From contig NC_087245.1 of the NCBI RefSeq assembly GCF_037042905.1, positions 24,492,001 to 24,556,000 of the forward strand: DNA of 64,000 bases. The letters run 5' to 3'. Position 1 is the stretch's first letter, and every line of letters begins with the position of its first letter. The stretch comes from Lytechinus pictus. Taxonomy: Eukaryota. Under the pieces are notes generated by a model, which worked only from the letters and a program-made list of their open reading frames with translations, was not told the DNA's origin and made no database searches. The translations under genes and the position numbers were made by a program. Of this stretch, positions 26,718 through 41,290 are shown piece by piece.

Positions 26718-27217
26718 TGATATTAGTGGTAGCAGTGAGTGTGGTTGGTGGGGTAGTATTGCGAACGGGACAGAAAGAGAAAGTGAGTAGCACAGCCACA
26801 CACTATTCTTTGCTTTGACTGCTCAAAAAATCCCCATGAATTTAAGAAAATAGATAAGGATAAATTAGATTTTGTGATTAATTTATAATGTCTGATGCCA
26901 CCTGATGATAACAGATACTCTTGATACTGATAATTAAAATGACAATTTGTTGGGTTTTTGGAATAGTCAATTTATAATTTAAAATGAATATTTTGCAATT
27001 ACTAAATTGACGAAAACAACCAATTGACCATGAATAAAATGCTGAGATCAATTAATTTATTGATCAATCATAGAATTCAACGGGATAATTTTTTTTTTCG
27101 ATGTCTTTGTGAATTATACCGGATACATAGTATATGCAATAAAAGAGAAGTAGTAGCCGGAGCAGCATAAATTGAAGTAGTAACATAAGTAGTAAAGGCC
27201 TATACTATTATTTTAAG

Positions 27218-27372
<155 letters not shown>

Positions 27373-27639
27373 TAGCTGAGTTTTTTGCATACACAAGGTA
27401 TTTTTCATTATGTTTCTTATTTTTACGTAAGCATAGTGACCAATATGTTGCCTCTTGACGCACACAAATAAATCACATTCATCAATTTTATTTGCTATAG
27501 TTTGATCAATTTTTGAAGCAACCCTAAATCATAAATTCATAAATGATCTCAGATTGCACGTGGTCAAACCATTACAAATAATTGCATCATTATAAAATCA
27601 TTGGCTGAAAAGGGCGCGCTCCTGATCTTCAGAAGCCAA

Positions 27640-28010
27640 CTCTCATTACGGGTTCCGAAGTCCGGTTCTCTCTTTCCCTTCATCCTACTATTGGCAAATC
27701 AAGCAGACTCTTTCCTTCAAAATGGATGCACGCGCCTTCTAAATAGGTCAAGTGTAAAAGCTTCCACAATGATCCGTGTTGGAGTAAGGTTTAAAAAGCT
27801 TCATAATGCATCGGTGAATATTATTGTTGAATTAAATCTTAAGATAAGCATTTAATCATCTAGACTAAAGATTATTACAATATGCACTAATATATACTGC
27901 GGACGTAAAGTCAATAACGGAATCAACTTTCGTTATTTCTATATCTTTTTTTCCAACTTTCTGGATAGCCGTCAGGATCTAAGGGTCAAGTCAATATTGG
28001 AGGCAATGCA
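27640..28010 (-). mobile_element. Decayed LINE RT fragment
   Basis: Minus-strand GYPESWKK followed by faint RP and NTDH remnants resembling the N-terminal RT region. Confidence 0.35.
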
Positions 28011-31000
28011 TGTAGCAAGAAATTAGTACTTAGAGTGTGACCTCATTCATTTATTACTTTTCAACTTGAGATCCCTATGTCGTGTCGGTAATGTTATTGG
28101 TCATGTAATTCCTTATTTGTATTTAATCTATTCTTTGTGACCTACATGTGACATCAGATGACGAGACTGCATATTTGGACCAGATAAGTGTCGAGATGTA
28201 ATTGTACTCTTTAAGCCTGAAATGACGTGTACCTCTTCAAAAGGAAACACGCTCATAGTTTCCAACTCAAAAAGTCTAATGGGGTGTTGCAAGAAAGAAG
28301 TTGGTTCGAGTCATTACTCATGAGCGGCAGAAACAATGTTAACGTACAACTACTTGTTTCAACTGTAGGTGATATGATTAAAGTGATCCTTGTTAACCAC
28401 ATTAAAGTGCTGGAAGCACTGTCCATGTTACATGTTACATGTAAGGGAAGCCGTATTTAACTATTTAGGGTTGTTTTTGTTAGAGGTATTGGGATGCGAA
28501 AAACATCCTATTTAATCTCGTAAATTGTGAATGCCTTAACTTCTGCTACTTAAATAGTAATTCAGCATTTTTCACGCCTTTGCACCGGATTTTCCCCTGG
28601 CAATTATTGTCGATTTATAAGGCCCGTCATATTTCACTTGATTTGATCGAAATAAGCATGGGTTATTTGGAGGGAGCCCAGAAAACAAGAGAAAGTGTCT
28701 AAAATGCTTCGATTGTGCTATTATGCTTTCATCCAGTCACGGAAATTAAATAACAAAGGGCGCAAAAGAAAAAAATATTAGCGCACACACGAGCACCGTT
28801 TTTTCCTCTTTCCCTTTTAAACACTGCAGGATAAAGAATAAAGACAGACATATACAGTTACATAATCAAGTGCTTCTAAACTAGAAGGATAGATAGAAAG
28901 ATTTTTTTTCTTTCGAAATCGTCAGATTATAAGAAATGTTATCAAAAAATGATGAAGAAAGTTTTTTCCAACAGAAGGGAAAAATTGATAAGAGGTTATG
29001 TTTCGTTGAATGTTTTTTTTTTTCTTTAACCGACTTTCCGTCAGGACTTGTTTTTAGAATTTGACCGTTTATGTCTTTCTCGCAGTGTGTGCATGTAAAT
29101 ATAAAACGAGGCAATGAAAATTTACCAAAGGACGAGTTCCTACGAGAAAATTTACTTGTCATCTCCCTAGCCGTGACGTATTATGCGGCGATAAATCACA
29201 TCTATTGCTAGTAGCATTTAATAGACCCTAAGCCCCTCATGAAGCCTGCGATTAACACACGACAAGTGTGTCGAAATGGTACAGCCTAAGTGCAACCCTT
29301 GGAGTACGCCCTTCAAACTATCCATCTGGCTCTTAACGCATCCAACCGGGTTAAACATTAGCCATTCTCATCATTGATTGGACGTAATGATTGATCACGT
29401 GGTTTAAGAAGACCGCAGTACGCCCATTTTGTAAGTTGGTATATGGGGGTAAACGAATGTGGACATCTTGTGAAGTATAGCAAATACTTACTAAAGGATG
29501 AGGCAAGAGAAACGGCAATGAAAGTTTACAATTCATATAGAAGAAAGCAGACACTCTAGGAGATTAAAGTATGATTTAAGTAATATAGGACATTAAAAAA
29601 TGGGGCAATTAATCTTGTGAAAACGATAAAACAAATGGACGGTTTATAGTAGATATTATGCATAATTCATTTAGGTTCGACCTTCTTCCACCAAAATGAG
29701 GGAAATGAGGGGTTTGAAAAATCAGAAAAGAGGTTGAGAGTATCTGTCAGGATCATTGATTAATAATTGTTTTTTTCGCATTACTGATAATTGTGCTAGT
29801 TTTATATTTTAGGAAAATATACCTTCCACGTGTACTAATAGGAACGACCATTGAAGGAATCAGAGGGTGGAAATGTTCGAGTGCTATATCATAACAATAT
29901 GCCAATGAATGCAAAATGACGAGCTAATGGCCTCTCGATTATTACTTTAGAAGTTAAGAATATTGAACCTGCCATGAAATCCCCAGCAGAAATAGGTCTC
30001 ATACCTTATTACTGTTATGATACTGAGTCCAATAACACTCGGGGGAATAGACACGAAGTGTATTCAGCGATAGATTTTAAACATCATGAGTTAATTGGAT
30101 GCATCAAGGTACACAAGGGAACTTACCTGAGTGGCATTTATTCAAAGGTTTCAACTTGCCTTAGTGTCTACAGTCGTGTTAAAGGTTATTTGAGTTTATA
30201 TGAAGAAGGGAAGCTATTAAAGCTTTATACTGTGCAACATATATTGCTTACCGTGTTAACTATCGTTAGCCCTGTATTGACGGTCATGATGCCTGCATGA
30301 TATCATAATTAATAAGTCAAGTGTCATCATCATCGTCGTCATTATCATCATCATGCAGATATATATCATCACGATGACGACCGGGATAGCGTGATGTTGA
30401 AAATGTAAATAACAGATTGGTTTTGAAGGAAATGTCGTTGTTTCATCATGATTTCATGATGACGATGATAATGATGGTGACGACGACGACGACGACGATG
30501 ATGATGATGATAGCTTTACTTGAATAGCACTTATTTGCCAGAGGATACAAAGTGTAACTTTTATTACCCGGAAAGTGTAACTCGATTTGTCGCATTGCCG
30601 AATTTATGTTACAAAACAACACTATGCGTACTGAAGGATAAACTCAAATGAAAGACATGGAACAACATAAATAAATATTCCCACAAAATAATGACACATG
30701 GGATATATGGGTTTTCGCCACAATGTAAACATAAACGTCGAACATTTATTAGAAAATAATCAGAGCTTTTCAACAGAGAATTAATTAAAACCAGAATGGC
30801 GCTATAAAGAGCTGGCGAAAAACGGGGCTGGACACGGCGGTTTGTTTTCGCGCGCGTAGAGAAAGAGACAGGGGAACTACTAGTATTTGATGATCGTGCC
30901 ACAAAATGCATAATGGCCTTTCTCTTTACGAGATAAAAGAAGAAATCGGGAGATGGAACCAAGAAAAGACAGGTGGGACAGCAAAAATGCGACATTTTGG

Positions 31001-31569
31001 TCGAACATTAAACAATTTTAACATTCCGCCGCTGCCGCTTCCGTGTAAGAGGATTGCAATTCGGGAGAGATGGGATTAGGATGGGATCGTTCTTTGATAT
31101 CGATGTCTGACTTGCGATCGTCTGCGGACCCGTGCGCATTTAGCGGTTCCCTCGTCAACTGTCGAAATGTCTTTTAACTAGACAAAGTAGAGCATGAGCG
31201 AATATCTTCTTACCAAGAGCGGTGAGGGGCGATGGGAAGTGAATTTTTAACGAGAAGTTCGGAACAGGTGTGATATCGAGCAATATTTTCCTCCCTCACC
31301 TCGCCTTCAACATTATCTCGCTTGATAGTATCATTACCATTCAAGTCACGCGGGCGCGATACACGCCAGATGTTGTGCCCCTATTCCATACATTATACCA
31401 CCCTACATGTTGATTCAGGCATTAGTCGAACGGTAAAATATACTTCAGTGACAACCATCTGAAATTTCCGTTTTGACAAATCGAAATCCCTCGTCATTCC
31501 ATATCTTTTTAAGTTCTCTGTTGGAAACATAACGAAATGAGGCAAAATGTGTTGCTTAATAAAATACAT

Positions 31570-32660
31570 TTTCACATGTACCACTGAAGTAAGTGACGAA
31601 TAGTTTGTTCACATTTACCACTGAAAGTAAAAGGTGATGAATTGCATGGTCACAACCACCACTAAACGTAGGCCCAACGATTAAAGAATGACATGTTCAC
31701 ATCTACCACTGAAAGTAAGTGAGGAATGGCATGTTCATATCTACCACTGAAATTAAGCAATCAATGGCATGTCCACATCTACCACTGAAATTAATTAATC
31801 AATGGCATGTTCACATCTACCACTGAAATTATGTAATCAAGGGCATGTTCACATCTACCACTGAAAGTAAGGAATGGCATGTTCACATCTACCTCTGAAA
31901 GTATATCAGTAAGAAATGGCATGTTTCCATCTACCACGAAAAGAAAGCAAGTAATAGCATGTTTACAACCCACTGAAAGTAAGTCCTGGATGGTGTGTGC
32001 ATATCTGACGCTGAAAATACGAAATTAATGGCATGCTCACCTATGCAACAGAAAGTAGGTAAGCGGTGACATTATCACATCTACCGCAGAAAGTAAGTAA
32101 GGAAAGGCATGTTCAGATCTACCAATGAGGGTAAGTAAGAAACGGCATGTTTACATCTACCTTTGAAAGTAAGGAACGAATGGCATGTTCATATCTACCA
32201 CTGAAAGTAAGTACTTGATGGCAAGTTCAAATCTGCCGCTTAAAGTAAAGAGTGTCGTGTGCACATCTGACGCTGAAAATACAAAATTAAAGGCTTGTTC
32301 ACCCAGACAACAGAAAGAAGGTAAGGAATGGCATGTTCACATCTACCGCAGAAAGTAAGTAAGAAAAGGCATGTCCAGATCTACCAATGAAAGTAAGGAA
32401 CGAATGGCATGTTTACATCTCCCTCTGAAAGTAAGGAATGACAAGATCATACTTATCTACCACTGAAAATAAGTAATGGATGGCATGTCCACATCTGAAA
32501 GTATATAACAAATGGCATGTTCACATCTATAAGCAAATAATAATGGCATGTCCACGTTTAATACTGATAATATAATTAATTGATAACATGTTCACATATA
32601 CCACTGAAAGTATGTAAATGACACACTTACTTCCAACACTGGAAGTAAACGTGCAAATTC
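31570..32660. repeat. ~40-bp minisatellite (consensus ~ATGGCATGTTCACATCTACCACTGAAAGTAAGTAAGGA)
   Basis: More than 25 diverged tandem units, with a higher-order duplication (~31995 vs ~32258). Confidence 0.92.
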
Positions 32661-33166
32661 CAAGTTTTTATCTATTAATGACCATAATATTATGAATAGA
32701 TATTCACGTTTATGTTTTCCTCAAGAATGGCACATAATTTCTCTATCAGCGATAGAAAGTATGGAATCGACAAATTTCCCTCTACCTCTGAAAGTAAAAA
32801 ATGATTTGAAAATGTACTATCGAGTGTGAAAAAATGGCAATGATATGTTCATATCTAACTCAAGGACAATTCTCTCTATCTTTCTTAGGAAGTGATTACT
32901 GGAATAATGTACCATTAGCCATCAAACTAAAAGTATCCAGAAACGATTTCAGGAATTCATTACAAAATCATTTATTAAATCAATAACTTATCATATTGCT
33001 CTGTATATAACATAAAATGTTACACTCATAATTTTATTTTGTTTTTTTGTAGTTGTTGTGTTTTAAAAAAAAACATACTTTAAAGTTCAATATTCGCCTA
33101 TATTACTAATATGTGTAGGGGCCAGGCTCGACTAGCACTTGTGCTATTTTCTGGTCCCTTTTATCA

Positions 33167-36100
33167 TAGTCCAGTAGATATGTGAAAAAGATGCTCGAAT
33201 CTGGCAGAAAGTGTGAAATTTGGCATACAGGGGTATTTTTGGGCGCTGATTTCAAAAATTGCCGGCCCCAAGCGTTTTGACCATCGGATCGGCCGCCATT
33301 TTGAAATCCAAGATGGCCGCCATGAAAAATCATTAAATGTCATTTTCTTGAGTTTTTCATGTCATGTGACACTGAAATTTTGCATAAAGGGGTATTTTGA
33401 GGCACTGATTTCAAATATTGCTGGCCCCCAGCAATTTGACAATTTGGCCAGCGGCAAAATGGCCGCCATCTTGAAATCCAAGATGGCCGCCATGATATAA
33501 TATAGCAATCATTTTCTCGAGTTTTATATGAACTGCTGTATTGAAATTTGGCATATAGGCTTAATTTGGGGTGCTGATTTCAAAAATTGCCGGCCCCAAG
33601 CGATTTAACCATGGGGTCGGCCGCCATTTTGAAATCCAAGATGGCCGCCATGAAAAATCATTAAATGTCATTTTCTTGAATTTTTTATGTCATGTGACAC
33701 TGAAATTTGGCATATAGGGGTATTTTGAGGCACTGATTTCAAATATTGCCGGCCCCCAGCAATTTGACCATTTGGCCGGCGGCAAAATGGCCGCCATCTT
33801 GAAATCCAAGATGGCCGCCATGATATATTATTGCAATCATTTTCTCGAGTTTTATATGAACTGCGGTATTGAAATTTGGCATATAGGCTTAATTTGGGGT
33901 GCTGATTTCAAATATTGCTGGCCCCAAGTGATTTGACCATCGCTTCGGCCGCCATTTTGAAATCCAAGATGGCCGCCATGAGAAATCATTAATGTCATTT
34001 TCTTGAGTTTTACATGACGTGTGACACTGCAATTTGGCATATAGGGGTATTTTTAGGCACTGATTTCGAATATTGCCGGCCCCCAGCAATTTGACAATTT
34101 GGTCGGCGGCAAAATATCCGCCATTTTGAAATCCAAGATGGCCGCCATGAAAAATCATGAAATGTCATTTTCTTGAGTTTTACATGATATGTGACACTGA
34201 AATTTGGTATATAGGGGTATTTTGAGGCACTGATGTCAAATATTGCCGGCCCCCAGCAACTTGACCTCCAGGTCAGCGGCAAACCGGCCGCCATCTTAAA
34301 ATCCAAGATGGCCGCCATGAAAGATAATTTTCTCAAGTCTTACAAATGGCCTGTAACACTTTAAATTTGGAGAAAAACTTGATCTTTGCATCCTTGATCA
34401 ATGAAAAGAACCTACTAAATAGATGCTATTTTGAATTTCAATATGGTTACCAAGTTTGAATGATGTACAACATTATAATGGTGAGTAAAACCCATTGTAT
34501 AGGCACTGAAAACAAATCCAACACAACCACATATTTGTCCATTGCAAGGATTACAATACTTTGGCACCTTTAATTGCTGATATAGATGTTACGTAAGTAT
34601 GAAGTACCATACATACACAAACCAGCTAGCTTCTTCTGCAGTTACACATTTGAAGTGGCTTTGGTTGAATAATAACCATCCGGAACAATCACTTTCTGTT
34701 GAGAGGCTGTAAATTATTTCTTCATATGATCTGCAGTATTGCACTTTGACATATCGACGGAGTGTGGGGTGCTTATTTCAAATATTGCTGGCCCTCATTG
34801 ATCTGATCCCGAGTCAGAAGCAAAATGTCAGCCATCTTGAAATCCAAGATGGCTGCCATGAAAAAAGATCATTGAAAAAAAATCACTTTATCTAATATCA
34901 CGTAACATACTATTTTAAAGTTTGGCATCTAGGGAAATTGAAAATGCCCCCAGTAATCTGTCCAATAGATATGCTGCAAAATGGCCACCATCTTGAAATC
35001 TAGAGAGAATCGACTGTCATGAAAATTAATAAAAATAATTTTCTTGGTTTTAAATAATTTGAGGCACTGCATTTTAGACATACAGGCAGGTTTTTGGCCT
35101 GCTGGTTTTAGAATATTGCTCCAATAATTGCAATATCTTATTACAAATCAACATGAAGAAAACTGCTCCAGACTTGAAGTACTGATGGTAATAGTGGTAT
35201 GAGGATGATGATGATGATGATGATGATGAAATTAATATTAATGATGGATGATAATAATACACATTTTATTGTTCAAAATAGAATTCAGTAACAGAAATGC
35301 TCCAAAAATTTATTTTGCCCATACCCTGTAGATCGTGAGACCGGCAGCAACTTAGCAGCGCCACATCGGACTTTGCTCTATCCCTTAAAAAGGGGAGTTC
35401 ACCCCGGAGAAAAGTTTGTTGTGAAAACAAAAGAAAATATGATATAAAAAAGATATTGGTGGATCCATCAAAGATATTATAATTTTTAGTTTTTTTATTT
35501 GTGACGTCATATAGACTACTGTACGAGCAGCTGCCCCATTATGTTGTGTGATATAAAATGCATAAATGGTTCATCATGGGTATTTTTTTCTTTCTGGAGC
35601 GGGTGTGAAATAATTTGTTTGTTGATATACTAAGGCTTCAATAAAAAACATTTTCATTTTTTTTTAGGAGGCTACATTTTATTGATTTTTTACTATAAGA
35701 AACATGGGGGAACTGCTTGCATCTGACGTCACAAATACACCAAATGAAATTCCAATAGTTTTTTAAATATTGGATGGAATTTCCTCAAACCTTCAATATT
35801 TTTTCATTATTTATTATGTTATTGTTTCAATAAACCTCTTGTCAGGTTGAACTTCCCTTTAATTCGTTGACCGCCAAAAAGGTTAGAAGCAACTCCCCTC
35901 TTTTAACATCTTTTGGTCTGATGCTGTCAGATCTTGAACTCCCGATCTCCCGACTGAGAGGCGAACATGCTCCCATTGTCAGATTGTCGAACACACGATG
36001 GTTATCCAAAAATGCCAAATTTCAAAATAATAACTACGTTATAATTATGATACTTATTTTTTTAATGATTTTTTTTAATGGCAGCCATCTTGGATTTCAA

Positions 36101-37878
36101 GATGGCTGCCATAAATTAGATGAACATTACTGAATTCGAGAGAAGTCTATGGAGATCACAGGGAAATCCCAGTTGTGTGCGATGCCGTCAACACACGTGT
36201 AGAAAGCAACTCAGACGCCAAAATAAAGCTTATTTTCTTCTCTTTCGACTGATGATACATATATTTTGATTGCTTGAAAACACTTGGTTATTTACCATCT
36301 AATCAAAAGACATATAACATAATTTCACCCAAGACCACAATAATATATGCACGTGCGTAAGCCCGTTTTTATACAGTATTCAATGGGGCTTCCGCAATGG
36401 GGCTTCCGCAATGTGCCCGTACCGCACGTTCCAGGCACGAATTTTGTGTTTCATTTTTAGCCATCGAACCCATGACTATATACATTATTTAGCTCAAAAT
36501 TTTACATTTTCTTGTCAAAAAATTATGAATTCCACGATATATAATTTGCAAGAGAAGTTCAGTTGTTGAAATATCATATCATATGCGATTTTGCCTGTAA
36601 AACGGGAAATCTACACAGTTTCAGACTCGTAGCAAGAAGGGTTGGCGATAGTACCATGACAAATCTGTGTGGTGGAATAGTGTATTTCATGGTGGGTAAA
36701 ATCAAGCTCATACAACAATGGTCACCCTTCGCACCCATTGTTCACCCAACATGTATATCTACCGACATGTATATCAACCAAGCCTATCGACGTGTCTTTA
36801 TGTATTGGTGATACGCTTAAGTGCACCCGAATGTTTGCAGTGAAAGGGAGAAGAAATTTGGGGTCTTATTTTTCGATATGCATGGCGGCCATCTTGGATT
36901 TAAAAATAGCGGCCGACCCGATGGTCAAATCACTTGGGGCCAGCAATATTTGAAATCAGCACCCCAAATTAAGCCTATATGCCAAATTTCAGTGTCACAT
37001 GACATGGAAAACTCAAGAAAATTACATTTAATGATTTTTCATGGCGGCCATCTTGGATTTCAAAATGGCGGCCGACGCGATGTTCAAATCACTTGGGGTC
37101 AGCAATATTTGAAATCAGCACCCCAAATTAAGCCTATATGCCAAATTTCAATACCGCAGTTCATATAAAACTCGAGAAAATGATTGCAATAATATATCAT
37201 GGCGGCCATCTTGGATTTCAAGATGGCGGCCATTTTGCCGGCGGCCATTTTGCCGCCGGCCAAATGGTCAAATTGCTGGGGGCCGGCAATATTTGAAATC
37301 AGTGCCTCAAAATACCCCTATATGCCAAATTTCAGTGTCACATGACATGAAAAACTCAAGAAAATGACATTTAATGATTTTTCATGGCGGCCATCTTGGA
37401 TTTCAAAATGGCGGCCGACCCGATGGTTGAATCGCTTGGGGCCGGCAATTTTTTAAATCAGCACCCCAAATTAAGCCTATATGCCGAATTTCAATACCAC
37501 AGTTCATATAAAACTCGAGAAAATGATTGCAATAATATATCATGGCGGCCATCTTGGATTTCAAGATGGCGGCCATTTTGCCGCCGGCCAAATTGTCAAA
37601 TTGCTCGGGGCCGGCAATATTTGAAATCAGTGCCTCAAAATACCACTTTATGCCAAATTTCAGTGTCACATGCTATGTAAAACTCAAGAAAATGACATTT
37701 AATGATTTTTCATGGCGGCCATCTTGGATTTCAAAATGGCGGCCGACCCGATGGTCAAATCGCTTGGGGCCGGCAATTTTTGAAATCAGCGCCCAAAAAT
37801 ACCCCTGTATACCAAATTTCACACTTTCTGCCAGATCCGAGCATCTTGGCCATTTTTTGTCACATAACCGCTCCACTA
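33167..37878. mobile_element. Non-autonomous Academ-like DNA transposon with ~1-kb inverted subterminal tandem arrays
   Basis: Termini TAGT...ACTA; 3-bp TSD TCA (33164-66 and 37879-81). Left array (33190-34320) is the reverse complement of the right array (36880-37850), with units of ~158/170 bp. No transposase ORF. Confidence 0.8.
35389..35858. mobile_element. Kolobok-like non-autonomous element nested in the Academ-like element
   Basis: Ends aaggggagttcaccccgga / tcaggttgaacttccct, flanked by TTAA (35385-88 and 35859-62). Confidence 0.65.
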
Positions 37879-40084
37879 TCAGCTCTTAACATATACATGT
37901 ATGTTTCATTTCTGTAATATTTATATGCATGACATAATAATGTAATATGTAAACATCTGTAAATATGTTGTTATCGTTGGTGAATAAAAATCAAATCAAA
38001 TCAAATCAAATCAAAACTTGCACCAATAATAGGAACTCGTGTTCATATTGACCGCTAAAGTAATATATCCGATTGCCATGTTCGCATATCTTCCACTGAT
38101 TTAATATAAATCTACAAAACTTAAAGAAGATTAATTTTGATAGGTTCTTGGAAAGGTTTCTGTTCTGTCTGACTCGTAATAATCCAACAGTGAGCAGATA
38201 AATTTACCAAGTGAATCTACAGTATAAGAACAAAAGTCATGATGGGACATAGATCATCCAAATTTTTGAGACCTTTACCATTTGTTTTCTGTATGGTTGG
38301 CAAGTGGCATAATGAGCCACAATTTTGTGGGAGCTAGATATGGCGAATCGCGTAAAATTTATAAAAAGTAAAAATTTCGATATTTTTTTTCTCAAGAAAT
38401 AAAATGTGATAAATTTTTACATGGCATTCAAAAAAAATAATTTCATACTTCAACCTTCTCCCTTTCCTTTTCTCTTTTTTTTCTTGGTCGTGATTTTTTT
38501 TGGAGGGGGGGGGGACAAAAGCCCCCAACCGCCCCTCCCCATCCGTACGGAGGAGACCTGCGCGTTATCTTATCATGATTATATTATCGGAAATTTAGTT
38601 CCCTACCATGATTACAAGTTTACATCTTTCTTAAATAATAATGAAGGAATAAACGAAATGTATCTGAAATCGTATGAGGCGATGAAAATACACTGACATG
38701 CTTTGATATACTATGCGTGCCACGTAATGATTACAAATGTGTCTTCCGGTAGACGTTGAAAGTGGTAAAATCTTCAGATTATATTCACTGACAGCTTATT
38801 TTGTAGTTACTATAAATGCCTTTTACCAGGCTAATATTGAAATATGTTGTAACCAGTTGGACGTGTTTAGAATAAGGTCAGTGGTATTCTGAAGGTACAT
38901 GTATTCTCTGGGGGATTCATCCCATTACTATTGTATAGCTCTTAATTCTGTTTACTCACTCTCGTTTATATGGACTGTCACTAACAATGAAATTTCCCAC
39001 GGCATTGCACATTACTCGGAAAATCATCTTTTCTCGTATTATCATCAGGCATTGGAGTTAAGAGTGTGACATGCTCGAATTACCAGAAAATAATTTTTAA
39101 AAAGTATAGGGCTATTCAAGTCGACGCCACTGCAGGGACCTTGCAGCGCCGTGCCAAAGCCGTTAGGGACTCTCGCCTTTAGCTGGCAAATCCGCAGTTT
39201 GTATTAGTTCTCCGATTCATCAGTAAGGGTAGTCTACCTTGCATCTCATTTCAACCAAGAAGATTGTTTTTATAGCCGCGCAACTTTATAATCAGTTCAA
39301 TTTCTCGGATTCATTTATGCCTGCCTGACTGTCAATAGCCGCACCAAGGTCGTCAATTATTCAGTGGTAACCATCGACCGATCACGGTCAAGAAAATGGC
39401 TTAACCTTAAATGCCATGGATACTTTCATCCATCTATATAAAAAAACATGCTCTTTGAATATTCACAAGTTGAATTTGATTTTGATTGCATTGGCTTATC
39501 ACACTTAATGATGCCAATAAATCATCTAATGGTCACAATAATTACAATATTACAGTCTTTCGGTATCTTGTGCTTTCTCATCATGAGCGTTGCAACGACA
39601 AGGTTTCTTTGGGGGCGAAAGACTATTCATTTATTCTGAAGTAATTTCTGCATACCTTAAAAAAAACACGTGGGGTTTTATTATTTGACATAGTCAAAAA
39701 CATTGCTTTAAACAAATATATACTAACCATTCCTATATAGATTTTTTTTCGAAATGGGCGAAACGAGTGAGTAAATATAATTATTTTGTTTTGTCAAAAT
39801 AATAGAATGACATTTTTAGCTTTTTGAGGGAGGGGACTCAGGAGTTATGTTATCAAACACTTTTTATTCATTAAATGTGATCAATTCAAAAATGTTACCT
39901 TCCCTCTCAAAATCGAATGTTAAATTCATATGGAAAGTTCGAAGTCGTAGATGTATCGATATAATGATATTGCAGTTGATTATGTTATTCTAAAAATGTA
40001 GAAAATGGCCTGGCCTTTTATATGCACTTTATGCTCTTGAATTCTTTGAGTTAACCACACTTCACACTTTTCCTTCTACCCACT

Positions 40085-40294
40085 CACTGGCGGATCCAGG
40101 AAAGGGGGCACATCTCACCCGTGCTCCCCTCCCCTTCGAGAGGCATAATCAAAATGTAAATTTTAAATTTGCCGATCTATAACACAATTGCACCCCTTCC
40201 CTTTTTTTAAGCGAGGACTTTTTTTTTCTTGTTTGTCAAATTTTCCTCAGGAAAATGTGCCCCCTCCCTTTGGAAAGACCTGAAGCCGCCCCTG
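40085..40294. mobile_element. hAT-type MITE with perfect 8-bp TSD
   Basis: Ends CACTGGCGGATCCAGG / CCTGAAGCCGCCCCTG; TSD tacccact at 40077-84 and 40295-302. Confidence 0.85.
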
Positions 40295-41290
40295 TACCCA
40301 CTTAAAGAAACCACTTTCTAGTTCGTCATTATTAAATGGAAACATTTTCCCAAGGTCGATACATACTGTGATTTATTACCCACCTCGGGGGTTGACAAAA
40401 ATACGCACAGAAAAAAGACTATGACACGATTATATCAACGATGAATCAGGTTAATTAAATGTATACTGATGGAGATATACCCTAGGGCTATTGAGTAGCA
40501 AACTGTACTAGATATTAAAGGAATCCCTCCACTCCCCTCATAAATCTGATTTTTTTTACATGTTCTGAGTAATGTTTGAGTTTATACAAGTTAACTTCTG
40601 AAGGTACAAATGGGGAAGAAGAAGGGTCTAGTGGTTTAATGGTACATCATTGGTGGGCATATATTGGTCCTGAAAACCAACATATGCCCGCGAAAAAATA
40701 TATGGTGTACCTTGAAACCACTACACTCAATTTATACAACGTTTTGGACCAACCGTTTGATCCAACATGTTACACAATATCATTTGATGAGCGAAACTTG
40801 AACATAATTCATTTCCATATTTTTTGTTGAATTTATAAGAATTTATCAGTATTTATAGTATAGGCCTTCTCATTTTTTTTTTGAGCGCAAGGGTGGACAT
40901 GGGTAAGGATCCGATGACTGGGATAATAATAGTAGCAATGCAAAGCGCTGAGTACCATAATCCATCATTAATGTAAACGATGATGATGTATTAACCCTTG
41001 GAGGGTATCACATTTCGTCAAACAACGTAAACAGGAAAAGAAGCAAAGTAAATACCCCATATCCGTGACCAAAAAAAAAAAAGATTTACAAAAGCATTCC
41101 ACGTTATACAATTTTACATTAATGTGTTGATTGAAAGTAGTTAGTTTCCGCCACCAGCTGGGTCGTTATGTTTTTTTTTCAGTCTAAAAATGGTGTGGGC
41201 GTGTAGACCAGCTCGTGACGTCACTGTTCCCCTGGCTTTCATTTTGTTTGTTTTAAGAACAAGATTTAATGGAAATGGATCAGGAGCATG

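Noticed and set aside
31570..32660. CRISPR-like periodic array
   Set aside because: Eukaryotic context, whole units are homologous with no unique spacers, and no cas genes; it is a minisatellite.
33106..37917. ORFs with MAAILDFKMAA / FHGGHLGFQNGG repeats
   Set aside because: Translations of the palindromic transposon repeat on both strands, not proteins.
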